Positions 39,541 to 52,841 are shown, counted from the stretch's first letter. The stretch: 64,000 nucleotides of DNA from Octopus sinensis (GCF_006345805.1 NC_043002.1:115506001-115570000), one strand, 5' to 3'. The notes: generated by a model from the sequence alone, not told the origin. Translations and numbers: made by a program.

Positions 39541-39932
39541 ATAGACATATGTGTGTGTATGTGTGAGTGTGTGTGTGAAGCTGAATGCCAATGATCCAAG
39601 TGTAGGAAGTTAGTAAGCTTAAAGCGGTCCATAGAAGGTATAAAGAACAAACTTCAGGAACAAAAGTGGTTTATTGGCATAGGAGGTTGTGAATTTTTGT
39701 CAAAAGAATAAGAATTTTCTTAACAACTTTAGACATTTGCCCACACCTATATATTATTTCTGCACTTATATACTTTCCTTTTTGTTTTTTTGTTCTCTTA
39801 CTCTGTGCTTTCTACACATTTTCGATCAGATCTTCTGCAAGTTAACATAAAATCCCTTGGTGGCAATGTAACCTTCATTTGACCAAGGTATCTTTTGCCT
39901 GACTTTACCTACTCCATTCCTTAAGCTTGGGT

Positions 39933-39959
<27 letters not shown>

Positions 39960-39968
<9 letters not shown>

Positions 39969-40335
39969 GAAAAAGGCACAAAAGTATATTTTAGAGAATG
40001 TTTAATAATTTTGTTACAGTGAGTGATTTAAAATATAACTGGTTTCTATGTTTAATAAAATTGATACATTGAAACCGGTTATATTTTAAACCACTCACTG
40101 TAACAAAAAATGTCTTTTCTACTCTAGACACAAGGCCTGAAATTTTGGGGGAGAGGGCTAGTCGATTAGATCAACTGCAATACACAACTGATACTTAATT
40201 AACCTACTCCGAAAGGATGAAAGGCAAAGTTGACCTCTGGAATTTGAACTCAGAACGTAAAGACAGACTAACTGTAACAAAAATATTAGACATTCTCTAA
40301 AATATACTTTTGTGCCTTTTCTAATTTTATTTACT
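39960..40335. repeat. Palindromic foldback with a SINE inserted in its right arm
   Basis: The arms AAAAGGCACAAAAGTATATTTTAGAGAATGT...GTTACAGTGAGTG.TTTAAAATATAAC.GGTTTC are reverse complements. The SINE at 40112-40270 is flanked by duplicated ACTGTAACAAAAA. Confidence 0.8.
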
Positions 40336-40609
40336 TTTTTAACTATAATTTTTGGTTTATATGGACTCAATCCTTTTCCAACTATGTATATATAATGGTA
40401 AGGTCCTAGGGTCCAGTTGTAGGAAGTTTCAAGCAGTCTATAGAAGGTATATAAAATAATAGTGGCTTATTGACGTAGAAGTTTGTAAATTTTTCCCATA
40501 TCAAAATTTGATAAACTGAAAAAAGTTATTTTCTGGTTCAGTTTGCAACTGGGGTTGCTATGTATGCGAATGAAAATCCAAAATTAGGGAATGGAGTAGA
40601 TAAAATCCA

Positions 40610-40689
40610 GGCTACATATGTTTCCTCGCTAGCAGAACTTTGGAAGTAGCAATAACTCAAGGGGTACTCCACTAGCTTCTCATCAGGCC
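40610..40689 (-). ncRNA. Hammerhead ribozyme-like motif with intact core boxes (Penelope-type, extended stem II)
   Basis: GGC-CUGAUGA-GAA-GCUAG...CUAGC-GAG-GAAA-CAUAUG-UA-GCC. Stem I is GGC/GCC, stem III is the palindrome ACAUAUGU and the cleavage triplet is GUA. Confidence 0.6.
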
Positions 40690-42805
40690 GAAGAACCTCA
40701 AAAGTAGTAACTACTCAATGAAGGGTACACATCAGGCCTAAAAGATACTTCAGCCTGATTTAACATAGTTTAAAATCCTTGGAGCAAAACATTTTCAGCA
40801 ATTCTGCTACTACTTTAGTTAACAGAATAGCTCAAGAGCAGATTTCTTCACTCAGTTGGGTCTAATTGTCTACAGACACTGCAAGAATATCATTCAGCCG
40901 GTACTTAGGCACCAAGTTTGATATTTACATAATATTGTTGTGCGCGTATATTATTCCAACCGAACAAGGTGCCTCAAATTAAGTACCTAATGAAACTAAA
41001 TCTTACTTGTGTGTGTGTATACATGTGTGTGTGTGTGTGTGTGCGTACATGTGTGTGTGCGTGTGCATGTGTGTGTGTGGGGGTGTATATATGTGTGTGT
41101 GTGTGTGTATATGCTGGTACCCCAGGCAAACTGAACTTCAGTGCCCTTGCAAGTATAATTTTTGCGTTTATCATGCCCTCCTTTGGTGCCATGGGTGACT
41201 GCCCCATTTGCCAGTACCTTGAACTGGCCCTCTGTGTGTATGTGTGTGAGGAAGTGAAGCCAGAACGTGGCTGTTGTGTCTCTTTATGTGTGTATCTTGG
41301 GTGAAATTCTTCTCCTCTGTGTAAAAGATCACTCGAGGATCATGTTTCATTTTGTTCAAGGTGATATTCACCCTCTCCAATAAATATTGTGGTTTAAAAA
41401 ATCCCTTTGGATAGAAAAAGTTGAAAGCTGCTCAAGGGACTCGAACCCACGACTATAAACTTGATGAATGAAATTTTAGTGGAATAAAAATTAAGTAAAG
41501 GCAAAGAACCTAAGAAATAAAGAGTTATTTCCCATTGATCGGTGTTCCAGGTCAATACGTGAAAACGAAGGTAATTCAGTAATAATGGCAAAGATAAAAC
41601 TGGAAATTGATTGTCTTTACTGGTAGTGAAGAAGGATAACATCGTTTATAATAATGAGTGAAACTTTATTTGTTAAACATGTTTTTCATTAATTGTAACT
41701 TTTTACGTAATTGACTTTCGACTGAAGTTGTAAAGCAAAAGAATATCAACTGTTAAAACTGCTGTAGCTTTTTTTGCTTTTTTTTTTCTTAGTTTTTTTT
41801 TTTAATGAAAAAAGAGGGACTGTACAACTTGGAAGACAGAAAATTGGTTATAAAAATACGAAGTATTTAATAGTGGGGAACGATTGAAAGTCTTTAAGGT
41901 GAATTTCAGCTTCCCCTCGCAGCCCCTTCCTGTACATTTCAATACTGGTGGCTAATCACAAACATATGAGGCCAGAATGAACTTCAATGGAAGCAGACAC
42001 TTTCATTGAATAGATTTCAATGTAAGTGGACACCCGAATCAGCTAAAGTTATCAGCCAATGAAACTGCATTGCATGGAGAACAACTACAGAAGTAATTAC
42101 CAGAGACTGAAGAATTAATATATAATTAAAATAAAATAAATTTAAGATTTCTTTAAATTTCTATCCTAATATGTCTTCGTGAAAAAAAAAAATTAATTTA
42201 TGTGGCAAAATATATAAATTTAATATTGTGTTAAATCTTGTTCAGTAATAAAATTGATATACATTGACAGTTACTAGTTGGACCCGTGAAAAATTCACGG
42301 AAAACATAAAACAGTGTACTGGTGCCATGAGAAATGTTTGTATATTATGACCACCTGTCTTTACTTTCTGAGTTCAAATTCTGCTGAGCTTTCTTTACTC
42401 TTCACCAGAACTTCAAATGTTCTTGTTTACTAGTTTTATATTGGTAATTTATTCTCTTAATTAGGCATCAATATATCGTACTGGCTCTGAACATAAAGCT
42501 GTAATTCTTAGCATTTCATCAAGCTGCAGCGATTCTTTAAGTGGAAGATAGAATATTTGTGAAAGAAATTTGTGGACGAAAATTTGTCAAAATTTCTGAA
42601 AAATATATAAAGATATTTAAATTCTAATAATTTTGAAAAATATATAATTTCAGTTTTACACTGATTCTCTGTTTGATAAACATATTTCTTTAAATCAGAA
42701 TTTTATAAACATGATTCTATTTGTGCTTAATATTATTAGGATCATGCATTTTCTTTGACTAATTTTCCATTTCCTTTTTTTTTTTTTTTTTTAGTTAATC
42801 CAAAA

Positions 42806-42892
42806 ATGGGAGATGATACTTCTGTGTCTATGCATCTGGTACAGTGTCCAGAATCTGAATTTAATAAAATTATTGATTCACAGAGTACTGAG
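42806..42892 (+). CDS. Unidentified gene, first coding exon (MGDDTSVSMHLVQCPESEFNKIIDSQSTE; exon starts at 42795)
   Basis: Long poly-T acceptor ending ttag at 42794, AAAATGG start and GAG|GTAAGC donor. Phase 0 joins the exon at 55543. Confidence 0.7.
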
Positions 42893-42933
42893 GTAAGCCT
42901 CCTCAAAATTTTGCTATCATTTTAACAATTGTA

Positions 42934-43153
42934 TATAGTAATCCCTTCATTATCGCAGGTGTTACATTCCAAAACCCCACCACGATAGGTGAAAATCTGC
43001 AAAGTAAAAACAGTACTGTACTGTTTATATATATATATATATATATCTTATATAATTTCTATGTATTTATTTTATTATAAACACAAAACAACACCACGGA
43101 GGAATCAATGTAAGCTTAAATAATAAACTGCGATATGGCAGGGGATTACTCTG
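42934..43153. mobile_element. Tigger/pogo-type MITE
   Basis: Imperfect TIRs TATAGTAATCCCTTCATTATCGCAG and CTGCGATATGGCAGGGGATTACTCTG. Confidence 0.6.
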
Positions 43154-43329
43154 TGTGTGTGTATGTGTGTATAACTTCTGTGATCTATTTTGCTGCATAG
43201 ATTTATGCCAAAAGTAATATCACAATGGAGTATATCATAGCATATTGTTTTTGTTGTTTTTTTTATATGTGGCTGGTGTCTGTAATAATGCAAATTTATA
43301 AAAAATAAATAAATTTTTGTGAGGATGTC

Positions 43330-43720
43330 AACCAATGCTCCAAATGTAGTTGTCCATGGGGTTCGAATGCGACAAGTTTGGAGGCCACAACTTCAGTGTT
43401 ATATGAACATAAAGATTATCTGACATCAATTTCTGGGTTACTTGAGCTTTGCTGAGAAGGTGCTGGGTCGTATTGAAACACATATGGCCTTCCACTACAT
43501 ACATCATCCATCAAGGGCTTAACAACTCCCTTCAGTAGCTCAACATATCCTCCAGTAATTAATTCTAAGACCTAATGGAACGATGTGAGTTGAAACTATA
43601 TAACTTTCATTACTTCCCAAAATTAATCACAGTTGCTGGAAACTTAATCACTCTGAAGGCATCAGAAGGATCTGCACATAACCATCTGTTTTTTCCTCCT
43701 GTTAGACTTTTGGTCTTGGT
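43330..43720 (-). mobile_element. Tc1/mariner (IS630-like) DDE transposase remnant
   Basis: NRWLCADPSD...KFPATV...YVELLKGVVKP...PYVFQYDPAPS...LWPPN...NPMDNYIWS, with frameshifts. Confidence 0.75.
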
Positions 43721-46499
43721 CAAAGGTTTTCTCATCAGAGAAGAATGAAAGCATGCTATATTCATGAGGGATTTTATATTATACAACAGGCTGTTTTCAG
43801 TTTCCATCTACCCACTGGTGTTGATGTGTTTATCTCCCTGTAACCTAGCAGTTTGGCAAAAGGATTCAATAGAATAAGTACTCGGGTTTGTTCATTTGAC
43901 TAAAATGCTTCAAGCCAGTGCCCCAGTGTGACTGAAACAAGTAAAGCATAAAAGGCATACATATATATCATACCATGACTTGTATATTTTCTAATATTTT
44001 CTCAAATATTTTTCCTGGTATTTTTCTTATGTTTCCCTATATTTTCTAACATTGTTTATATGATATTTTCACATTTGTTCACATTTCAATATTTTGATAT
44101 ATATTGCATATTTTTGCGATTTTATACTTTATGTCTAACAATGTGACATTTATGTTTTCATACATGTACAATGGACTGCTGAAAAATTCCTGGCTTTGGG
44201 TAAAAGAAAATACAAGAGGATCAATTGATTATGATTTTATTCAACATATTCCTCCCTCAGATTCACATACTTATTCCAGTGGTTCTTCAGTTTTTCTAAC
44301 CCCTGTAAAAGAACTCAGAAGGTTGAACTTCCAAGCAGGCCCTTTGTGATACCCTTAAAGCCAATAACTTTTCAGCACCCCATCTTATAGTTAGTTGTAT
44401 AGTTTTCATTTTCTAAGTTTCTATACTTTTAAATTCCATGAGTTTAGATCTTTATTTCTTATATACTATTATGTCTGTGTTGTAGTTTTTACATAACCCT
44501 ACTGTTAATATATGAGGTTATATTATGTTGATCTCTGTCCCTTTATCTTCCATAGTTGTAGTTTTTAAAATTCTAAATAGAAAACCTATTTTAATTTGAA
44601 TTAAAATATACCAGCTTCCTTGGATTTGGGATTCTGACACTTGTATTATTCCTAATCCAGTTAAAGTTGAATCAGGTTATCCCAGCTAAACAATGGTTTC
44701 AGAGTTTGGTACAAGGCCAGCAATTTTAGGAGAATGGGTTGTCATATTAATTTTTAATTTCCTTGATCTTTTTTTATGTTTACCTAAGCTTGATCAGAAC
44801 TCCAAACTCATCCAATACTGGCATAAAATTCACCCTCTGCTTGGAGGTTTTGTAACAGTACTTTCACAACCCTCAAAGATTTTCTGTGAAAACATTTTCA
44901 ATAAAGTTTTTAACCCATTCCTTTAAACTTTATTTAATTATTATTCACTGTGAGGTATCATTCTCTGTACACAAGGATGGATTCTCCAGTTGTTTGGAGT
45001 GTCTTTTCCCATACTTCCTCATTCTTATATTATTTCTTTTAATTTTTAGTTCTTTCACCTTAATTTCTAAGGATTTTTCATCTTTAATCTTTAGCACTTT
45101 ATCTGTGAGTTTCGTTTCTACACAGACATCTTAAAAGTAAATAGACACCCCTCATTATATAGTTTTTTTCTCTGCAGACACTACTCATTTGTACAGTGCC
45201 CAAACAAATTGATCATCAAAAGATACATAAGGCATGTCCTACTAAAGTCCTTGATTAAGTATGTAAATGCATCAAATGACATTGTTTTGTTTCTAGAAAT
45301 ATTTCAAAAACTGGTAGTGTCTATTTACTTTTGAGATGTCTGTGTATATTTCATCTCAAGGCAGAAGATATTAGCCCGTTAACCACTAATCTTTCACACA
45401 ACTTGGTTCTTTGCTCCCCTTGATTTTTACTAGCAGTAACTTATACTCTTTTCTCATCACTTCAGTGTTGAGTTAATAACATGAGTTAATATCGAATACT
45501 TAAAATTTTGTTGTACCATAGCCTATTTGCTTTATATCACTCCTGTCTTTTATTCCTGCTATTCAGATGGTTACATTATTAAATGTCTACCTTTCAATAC
45601 AGCAGCTTTGATTAACTAATTAACTAACAGATAAGCTATTTGTCTACTTAATACTTAATCATGCTAAAATTTAATATTTTATTAGTCCACTCATTCCATT
45701 GAACTCTGTGTAATTCCTTTTTAATTTTTAGTCATTTTTTATGCTAACACTCCTTTTCTCTTTTTCTTTTTTTGCATTTGTTCTCATCCCCACCACCCCC
45801 ACCCCCACAGCTCGTTATGGGGTTGACAGTCACTAATATATATTTTGATGTTTATGTATATATACTCAGATAACTCACCTTATCAGGCTCCAGTTGAATG
45901 AAAATTAAACAATTATCGTCCATGACAGATATATATTACCTGTTTCAGATTTTGGCATAAGGCCAGCTATTTTCGGTGGGAAGGGGATTAAATCAATTAC
46001 ACTGACCCTAGTGCGCAACTGGTTCTTATTTTATCGACCCCAAAAGGATGAGAGGCAAAATTGACCTCAATGGAATTTGAACTCAGAATGTTCAGACAAA
46101 AAAAAAATGTCACTAAGCGTTTTGCCCAGCAGACTAACAATTCCGCCAGCTTGCCACCTTCTATCTTTATTAATGTCACCATATTAATATCATTTCCATA
46201 TGGATCACCTTAGACTTTTATTGCCAGGAACTTCTACCTTTACCTACCACACTATTGCACTCTATATTTTCATGTCTTCACCCTTTCTAATTACCACTGT
46301 GACCACTGTTGTCATCATTGCCATTATTATATACTATTCTTATTCAAATTCTGCTGGAGTCTACTTTGCCTTTCATCCCTTCAAAGTCAATAAAATAAGT
46401 ACCGGTTGAGCACTGGGGTCAATTTAGTTGATTTAACCCTGTCCCCAAAATTGCTGGCCTTGTGTCAAAATTTGAAACAATTATTATTGTTCTTATTAT

Positions 46500-46975
46500 T
46501 ACCTTGCATGTGTAAGCAAAATCAGGATATTGTAATTACTCGTCTTTGTCTGTGTGTTTACAAAATTACTGGAAAATAGCTGAACGGATTTTCACCAAAT
46601 TTGGCAGAAATACTCATTGGTTAAGTGGCTCAAAATGATGAAAATTTGGTTTAATTATCTTCAAATATACATAAATACATACGTAGATATGCGACTGTGT
46701 GTATGTACAGTGATGGATTCGAGGGTTTTGTTTATTTATGAATTAATTTTTTAATTTCACTGGAGTAAATACCTATAATGGTGATACTTAAAAAAAAAAT
46801 ATTTTTAATTAAACTTACAAATTTCCCGATAAGCAAGTTTAGTAAAACACTTACAAAGCTTAATTCAGTTCAATTAAAAAGCATGGGTAAGCAACGCATT
46901 GTAAGCCAGACTATAATTTGTAAAAAATTTTATTTGCATGCAGAGTGTGCATTGTCACTCTGATGCCTTTTTTCA
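46500..46975. mobile_element. Non-autonomous element, Crypton-like (tentative)
   Basis: Contains GTCTGTGTGT..CAAAATTACTGGAAAA..GAACGGATTTTCACCAAATTTGG, with an architecture similar to 63085-63418. Confidence 0.35.
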
Positions 46976-47649
46976 TTATTACTTGTGTTTGTTTCTTTAT
47001 GGTCTTCTTAATATCAGTACATTATTGTTATTATTATTATTATTATTATTAAGAATGCAAGCTGGGAGAAGTGCCAGACAAAATACTTAGCAGCATTTCA
47101 TTCTTCTTTACATTGTGAGTTCAAATTAGAAGTAGAAAGGCTTATTATTATTATTATCATTATGGCCGCTATACTGTGAAATCACAGAAATTTGGGACTC
47201 CGTACATTGAAAAGAGTATTTGTAATCATTTCAGCTTTCTAAGTCCCCGTTTTTCATTTCTATTGCTACCAGTACATTTCTGAGATTGTCTGGACTGCAC
47301 AGATAATACCTGTTTTGCAGAGGGTGCACTTCAATAATTCTTTAATTCTAACTGCTTTTGGCAAAAACAAATATTTTGAAATTTTCGTAATTATTTAAAG
47401 ATGGCTGATAAAGAAGCCATCCTAGTGTTCAACAAAGGAACCCATTCCTTGTCAGGAAATATTAAGAACAAGGAAAGAATTGAGAATATGAATATCAAAT
47501 GATCTGAACTTAATGATGTCACCGAGACAAAAAATGTTTCACCTCTAAGCAACGTCAGAGCTTTTAAAAGATTTTCTCCAGTAGAGAGGCCCAGAACTTC
47601 CAGACTTCTCGAAAATCAAGGCGAATAACCTCCTCATTTTCTTTCTCCG

Positions 47650-50600
47650 ACTAGAATGGCTGTGTCGAGAATGTGAATGTGTGAATGAGCATGGCCTGGG
47701 ATCAGCATAGAAGCAAGGTCACTTGCTTAATGTTCTCAGGTCTCTTTATTTGAATGTGGCTACCATTAGTGAAACAAGGATCTCTGGAAAACATGTTCTA
47801 GCATCCATTTCCAAGGAGGTATTCTCATCTTGTGGTCTATTGAGAGTGGGTGATGATGTAGCAGTGCTACTCCAGATATCCTTAGATCTCCAAGTACAGT
47901 CTATCCCAGATAGTAGGGTGGTGGTCCTGGACATGAATGGCAGCAAAGGTGGCGCCTTTAGACTGGTGGTGGTTTATGTCCCAACAGAGGCTGAAAGGTC
48001 AGATTTCTTCAGGCATCAAGAAACATTCTTGGGAATATCTCGCACTTCAGCACTAGTGAGGGACTGGAATAGTATTTTGGATGCACAGAAGGACTGTATG
48101 GGTTTAGTACATAGTAGAAGGGGGTTTAAAAACCTCATAAACCTGTTCAGGACTTTCCAGCTTTCTGACAGGTACCAACTGGATTTCCCTGATGTGCCGG
48201 TGTCAACATGGAGCAAGCACAGAAGGTCATCCTGATCATATTTAGATAGAGTATTTGTTAGGTCAGAGGATAGGAATAACATGAATTGTCCGCAATTTAA
48301 TTTGGTCAGCTACGCAGATCACAAATTTGTGATATGCTCAGCCAATGTAGATATGACCCATAGACAGGGACCTAGTTACTGAAAGAATGCATCCTTACTG
48401 AATTAGCGAACTAGTTGACAGGGGCTATCATCAAGAGCCGGTGGTGGATTGCTCTAAAGAGAGCAATTAGAGTAGAATCGATAGCGTTTAGCAAAGATTT
48501 AGCAATAGAAAGAAATAGATTAGAAGGAGAACTAGTTAGCAAACTAGAAGAGGCTATTAGTAAAGGCATCGTGACCGACATGTTAGCAGTGAGAATGACC
48601 CTTGACCATTTCTTTGGGGTGAAACATGAAAGGTGCATTGTCAGAGCTAAGACCTGTGCGCTAAAACATGAAGGAACGAAAGCAGTCCAATGGGCCTGAA
48701 CAATAGAGACATGACATGGAAACAAAACCATGATCAAGTCTTTGATGGATCAGGATGGACATGTGTTACTCGGTTCTGAGCAGATGTGTGCGGAAAGGAT
48801 ACTGACAATGGGGATGTGCTAGGGAATTTTCAGCCCATAACACTGCTAAACACAGACTTTAAGATTTTGGCCAAGGCGTTAGTGAAAAGGTTGGTGCTTT
48901 TCATTGGTAGTCTGGTCAGGGAGGTACAAACGTGTGCAATCCCAAGCAGGTCTATCCACGACAACCTCCATCTTATGCGATACATCATAGAGAGGGATGG
49001 GGCCCTTATAAATTTAGATCAATTGAAAGCTTTTGATAGGGTAGACTATTGCTACTTGGAAACCATCCTTAAAGAGACTGGTTTCAGACCCATTTTCAAT
49101 TTTCAGAGGCTGAATTGCTGCAATACACAGTGGCATCTGCTTGGTGATCAAAGCAAATGGCCACCTATCGGAACCATTTAGTATCACATGTTCAGTCCAC
49201 CAGGGCTGCCCACTGTCACCTCTTGTATGTGTTGGCTCTCAAGCCACTGCTGTAAAAGTTGGAACAGTTAAGAGGCCTCCCTTACAAAATTGGTCTCAAG
49301 ACCAGAATGTCTGCATATGCCGACAACATCATCATCATGGTGTTGCATGCCTCTGAAGTGGAGAAGGTCAGCTCCATTGTAAAGGAATATGAGTCAGTTG
49401 CAGGGGCTAAAAGCAATGTCAACAAGTTTAGTGAGATTGTGACTAGGAACCTGTAGAGGCAAATCAATGTCATCAGAGGGTGACGTTAATTGCTGGACTG
49501 ACAGATCAGTTAAACTGCTCGAACTTGGGAAGAGGTGACAAACAGGATGACCTCTCTTTACCTAGAAACGGGCAGAGAGGAAGTTGCCCCTGAAAGGTCG
49601 GGCAGAGGTGGCAAATGCCTACATCGTCTCTGTCATTATTTATTGTCTGACCGTCGTACCTTGCCCCAGTTACTGCTTGATTAGATTGTTTTTTGTTTTC
49701 TTGTGGAAGGGATGCATTCCAATAGCCAGGCAGTCGGTCTCCTGCCAACTTCCTTTGCATGCCGGCTTAAGCATGCCATGGCTTTTAATGTGCATAGATG
49801 CACTCGGGTTGCACCACCTGCAGCAATTTTCAGAAGGTGAATGTGTGGGGGTTGTTTGTGAGACATGCCTTTCTGCAGCTCATCTCTTTGACAGAGCTGC
49901 AGTCCTGGGTATAGGATAGGCTGAGACTGGGTGCCTGGAACTTAGAATGTCGTCAGGCACTCACTGTCCTCTACAAGCCGGGTAATAGGATCAGTGGATG
50001 TTCCACTTTAGATATTTACAGAGGATTAGTAGTGGGGAAGTGCAATGACATCCATGGGGAGACCTTAGGCATCGACGAAGACAAACTGGCAAGTCTATTC
50101 CGGAGGACTTTCTGGTCAGGGACTGTTATGGATGATTTTCAGATGTCTTTGGCTTGGTAGTACTACTGGTGGGGCACTGCCAGTTTGAGATGAACTCTAC
50201 TGGCATGGATATGCTGTCAGAAGAGCTTTCCAAAGTCCTCACAGAGCAACAAAACCATTCAGTTTCTGGGCATTGCTGACTTGTGGAGTCATGACGAACA
50301 GCTGCTGTCACGTGTAGGACAGATCCGTCTGTCATCTGAGTCCATAATGATGATTGCCCTACCATCCTCCTTTAATCAAGCTGGCAAAGCAGTTTTCCTT
50401 TGTCTGGTGGCGAAATAAGGTATCTGGTGGACAAACCTGAAAGGCATGAGGACAGAAACATTCTCCTTTGGCAAAGTTCTCATCGACTTTTTCAAGTTTC
50501 GTTTGAAGTGGAAAGTGAGGTGCTGTCCTTGAGTGAATTTATGAAGAGGTGGGGAAAGTTTCAAAAATGGCAAGAGTGGATGGTACCACTTTCAGTGTAA

Positions 50601-50852
50601 ACCTGTGAGTCGGAAGAAAGAAGTTGGAGAGGGCACTCATTTTTGGTATTCAGGGTGACCTTGGTTGGTGGGGTTCCTTGATTATCCTTAGAGGTTCTCC
50701 CTCTTTTTCCAGTGTCATATACTATGTATACTTCCCTTCTTCTAATGTATACCATGTAGACTTTCTATTTTATCGTTCCATTGTATGTAAATCTTCACAC
50801 TTTGTCTGTCTTTGTATTGTCCCCATCATCCTTCATCCTGATGGTAAATAAA
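47650..50852 (+). mobile_element. Degenerate L1/Tx1-clade LINE ORF2 (APE endonuclease plus RT) and 3' UTR
   Basis: KQGHLLNVLRSL..ATISET, FRLVVVYVP, DWNSILD, YLDRVFV...DHK, NFQPITLLNTDFKILAK, LDQLKAFDRVD, SVHQGCPLSP and SAYADNI. There are many stops and frameshifts, and it ends at AATAAA 50847-50852. Confidence 0.88.
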
Positions 50853-50853
50853 A

Positions 50854-51275
50854 GGAGTGGCTGTGTGGTAAGTAGCTTGCTAACCAACCACATGGTTCCG
50901 GGTTCAGTCCCACTGTGTGGCATCTTGGGCAAGTGTCTTCTGCTATAGCCCCGGGCCAACCAATGCCTTGTGAGTGGATTTGGTAGACGGAAACTGAAAG
51001 AAGCCTGTTGTATATATGTATATATATATATGTGTATGTGTGTGTGTTTGTGTATGTGTGTGTGTTTGTGTATGTGTGTTTGTCCCCCTAGCATTGCTTG
51101 ACAACCGATGCTGGTGTGTTTACGTCCTCGTAACTTAGCGGTTCGGCAAAAGAGACCTATAGAATAAGTACTGGGCTTACAAAGAATAAGTCCCAGGGTC
51201 GATTTGCTCGACTAAAGGCGGTGCTCCAGCATGGCCGCAGTCAAATGACTGAAACAAGTAAAAGAATAAAGAATG
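50854..51275 (+). mobile_element. Young tRNA-derived SINE
   Basis: Full head-to-tail copy of the family also seen at 26555 and 52556. Confidence 0.9.
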
Positions 51276-51284
51276 AATTATTAT

Positions 51285-51715
51285 TATTCACAGCAGGCAA
51301 AATGCTTTTGTGGCAATCTGTCCATCTTAATGTTCTGAATTCCAATTCTGCTGTGGTTGACTGCCTTTCATCCTTTCGAGGTCAATAAAATAAATACCAG
51401 TGAAATTCTGGGGTCGATGTAATCAACTAGTCCCCTCCCCCAAATTTGAGGTCTTGTACCTTTTGTAGAAATTATTATTTATTATTAATAATAATAATAT
51501 TATTATTATTATTCATACCAGGCAAAATGCATAGCTGTATTTTGCCCATCACTATGTTCTGAGTTCAAATTCCACCGAGATTGACTTTGCCTTTCATTCT
51601 TTCGGGGTTGATAAAATTAGTACCCCTGGGGGCAAAGTAATTGACTTAATCTCTTCCTCCAAATTTGAGGCCTTGTGCTTTCAGTAGAAAGGATTATTAT
51701 TATTGTTTATTTTAA
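51285..51715 (+). mobile_element. Two tandem copies of a second SINE family (TTCTGAGTTCAAATTC...GGGGTCGAT...(ATT)n)
   Basis: Shared body and (ATT)n tails. Other copies lie at 45950-46160 (-), 46330-46500, 60615-60820 and 62590-63670. Confidence 0.7.
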
Positions 51716-52555
51716 TATTTGTTTTTATTTTTAATTTTATTGTTATTATTATTGTTATTAATGGTGATATTTTTACCATCATGGCCCATAACATTTTCTA
51801 AATTTATTACTACTTCCATTTGTGATTTATTACTGACCAATGTCACTTGTATCACTGCCTTCCTTCAGTCAGGGAAACTGCAAATAGTTTTCCTCTGTCT
51901 GGTGGCAAAGAGGTTGTGTGGTGGATGAGATTGAAAAACACGCATGTTACTCTTCGGCCAAGCCCTAATCAACTATTTAAAATTCCATTTGAAAAGGAGG
52001 GTGAGGGCTGAGAGTGCAGTGTTGTCCTTCAGTAAATTTGTTGAAAGGTGAGTGAGTATAGCAAGGATGGTCTGAGTGAGAGGGTTCACTTTAAGTTGGT
52101 GTCTGTAACATAAAGAGTAAGGAAGTGAGGGGAGCACTGGGGGTGGTATTTTCTCCTCCATTTTGGAATTTGTTTGTTAAAAATTTTAATTTTTACACAA
52201 TTTTGTCAATTCCCACCGTCCTTTGTCTTTGTTTTGTATTAAATAGTCTCTGGCTAATAAAGGAAAAAAAAAAATTATTATTATCATTATTTAGTTGTAG
52301 TAGTAGTAGTAGTATTTACCATTACACTCATAGTACTGAGTTCTCACAACCCCTAGAGTCTTTGTTGAAATACCATCTCTTGGGGGCTGCTGCCAAGTTT
52401 ATCTTTTTACATCATAATTATTATTTGGTATTCATTGTCCTGTTTCCTCCCTATATAGGCAACACAAAATATATCCTTTCGACAATGCAAATAGGCATTA
52501 TTTCATGTTAGTCTAATGAAGTGGCACTCAAATATATTCAGCCACGCACATTTTT

Positions 52556-52765
52556 TTTTTCTTTTATTTTACTTGTTTCAGTTATTTGACTGCGGCCATG
52601 TTGGAGCACCACCTTTAGTCGAGCAAATCGACCCCGGGACTTATTCTTTGTAAGCCCAGTACTTATTCTATCAGTCTCTTTTTGCCGAACCGCTAAGTTA
52701 CGGGGACGTAAGCACACCAGCATCGGTTGTCAAGCAATGCTAGGGGGACAAACACAGACACACAA

Positions 52766-52841
<76 letters not shown>

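Noticed and set aside
41425-41465. tRNA T-arm-like GGGTTCGAGTCCC on the minus strand
   Set aside because: There is no D arm, A box or acceptor stem, and it is too short to call.
41640-42200. Alternative promoter upstream of the first coding exon (CCAAT, a few CpGs, donor-like sites)
   Set aside because: The motifs are short and expected by chance, and there is no clear CpG island.
44930-45130. About 60 open codons on the minus strand (K/E-rich)
   Set aside because: It has no start, splice sites or recognisable motif. It is probably a decayed retroelement fragment.
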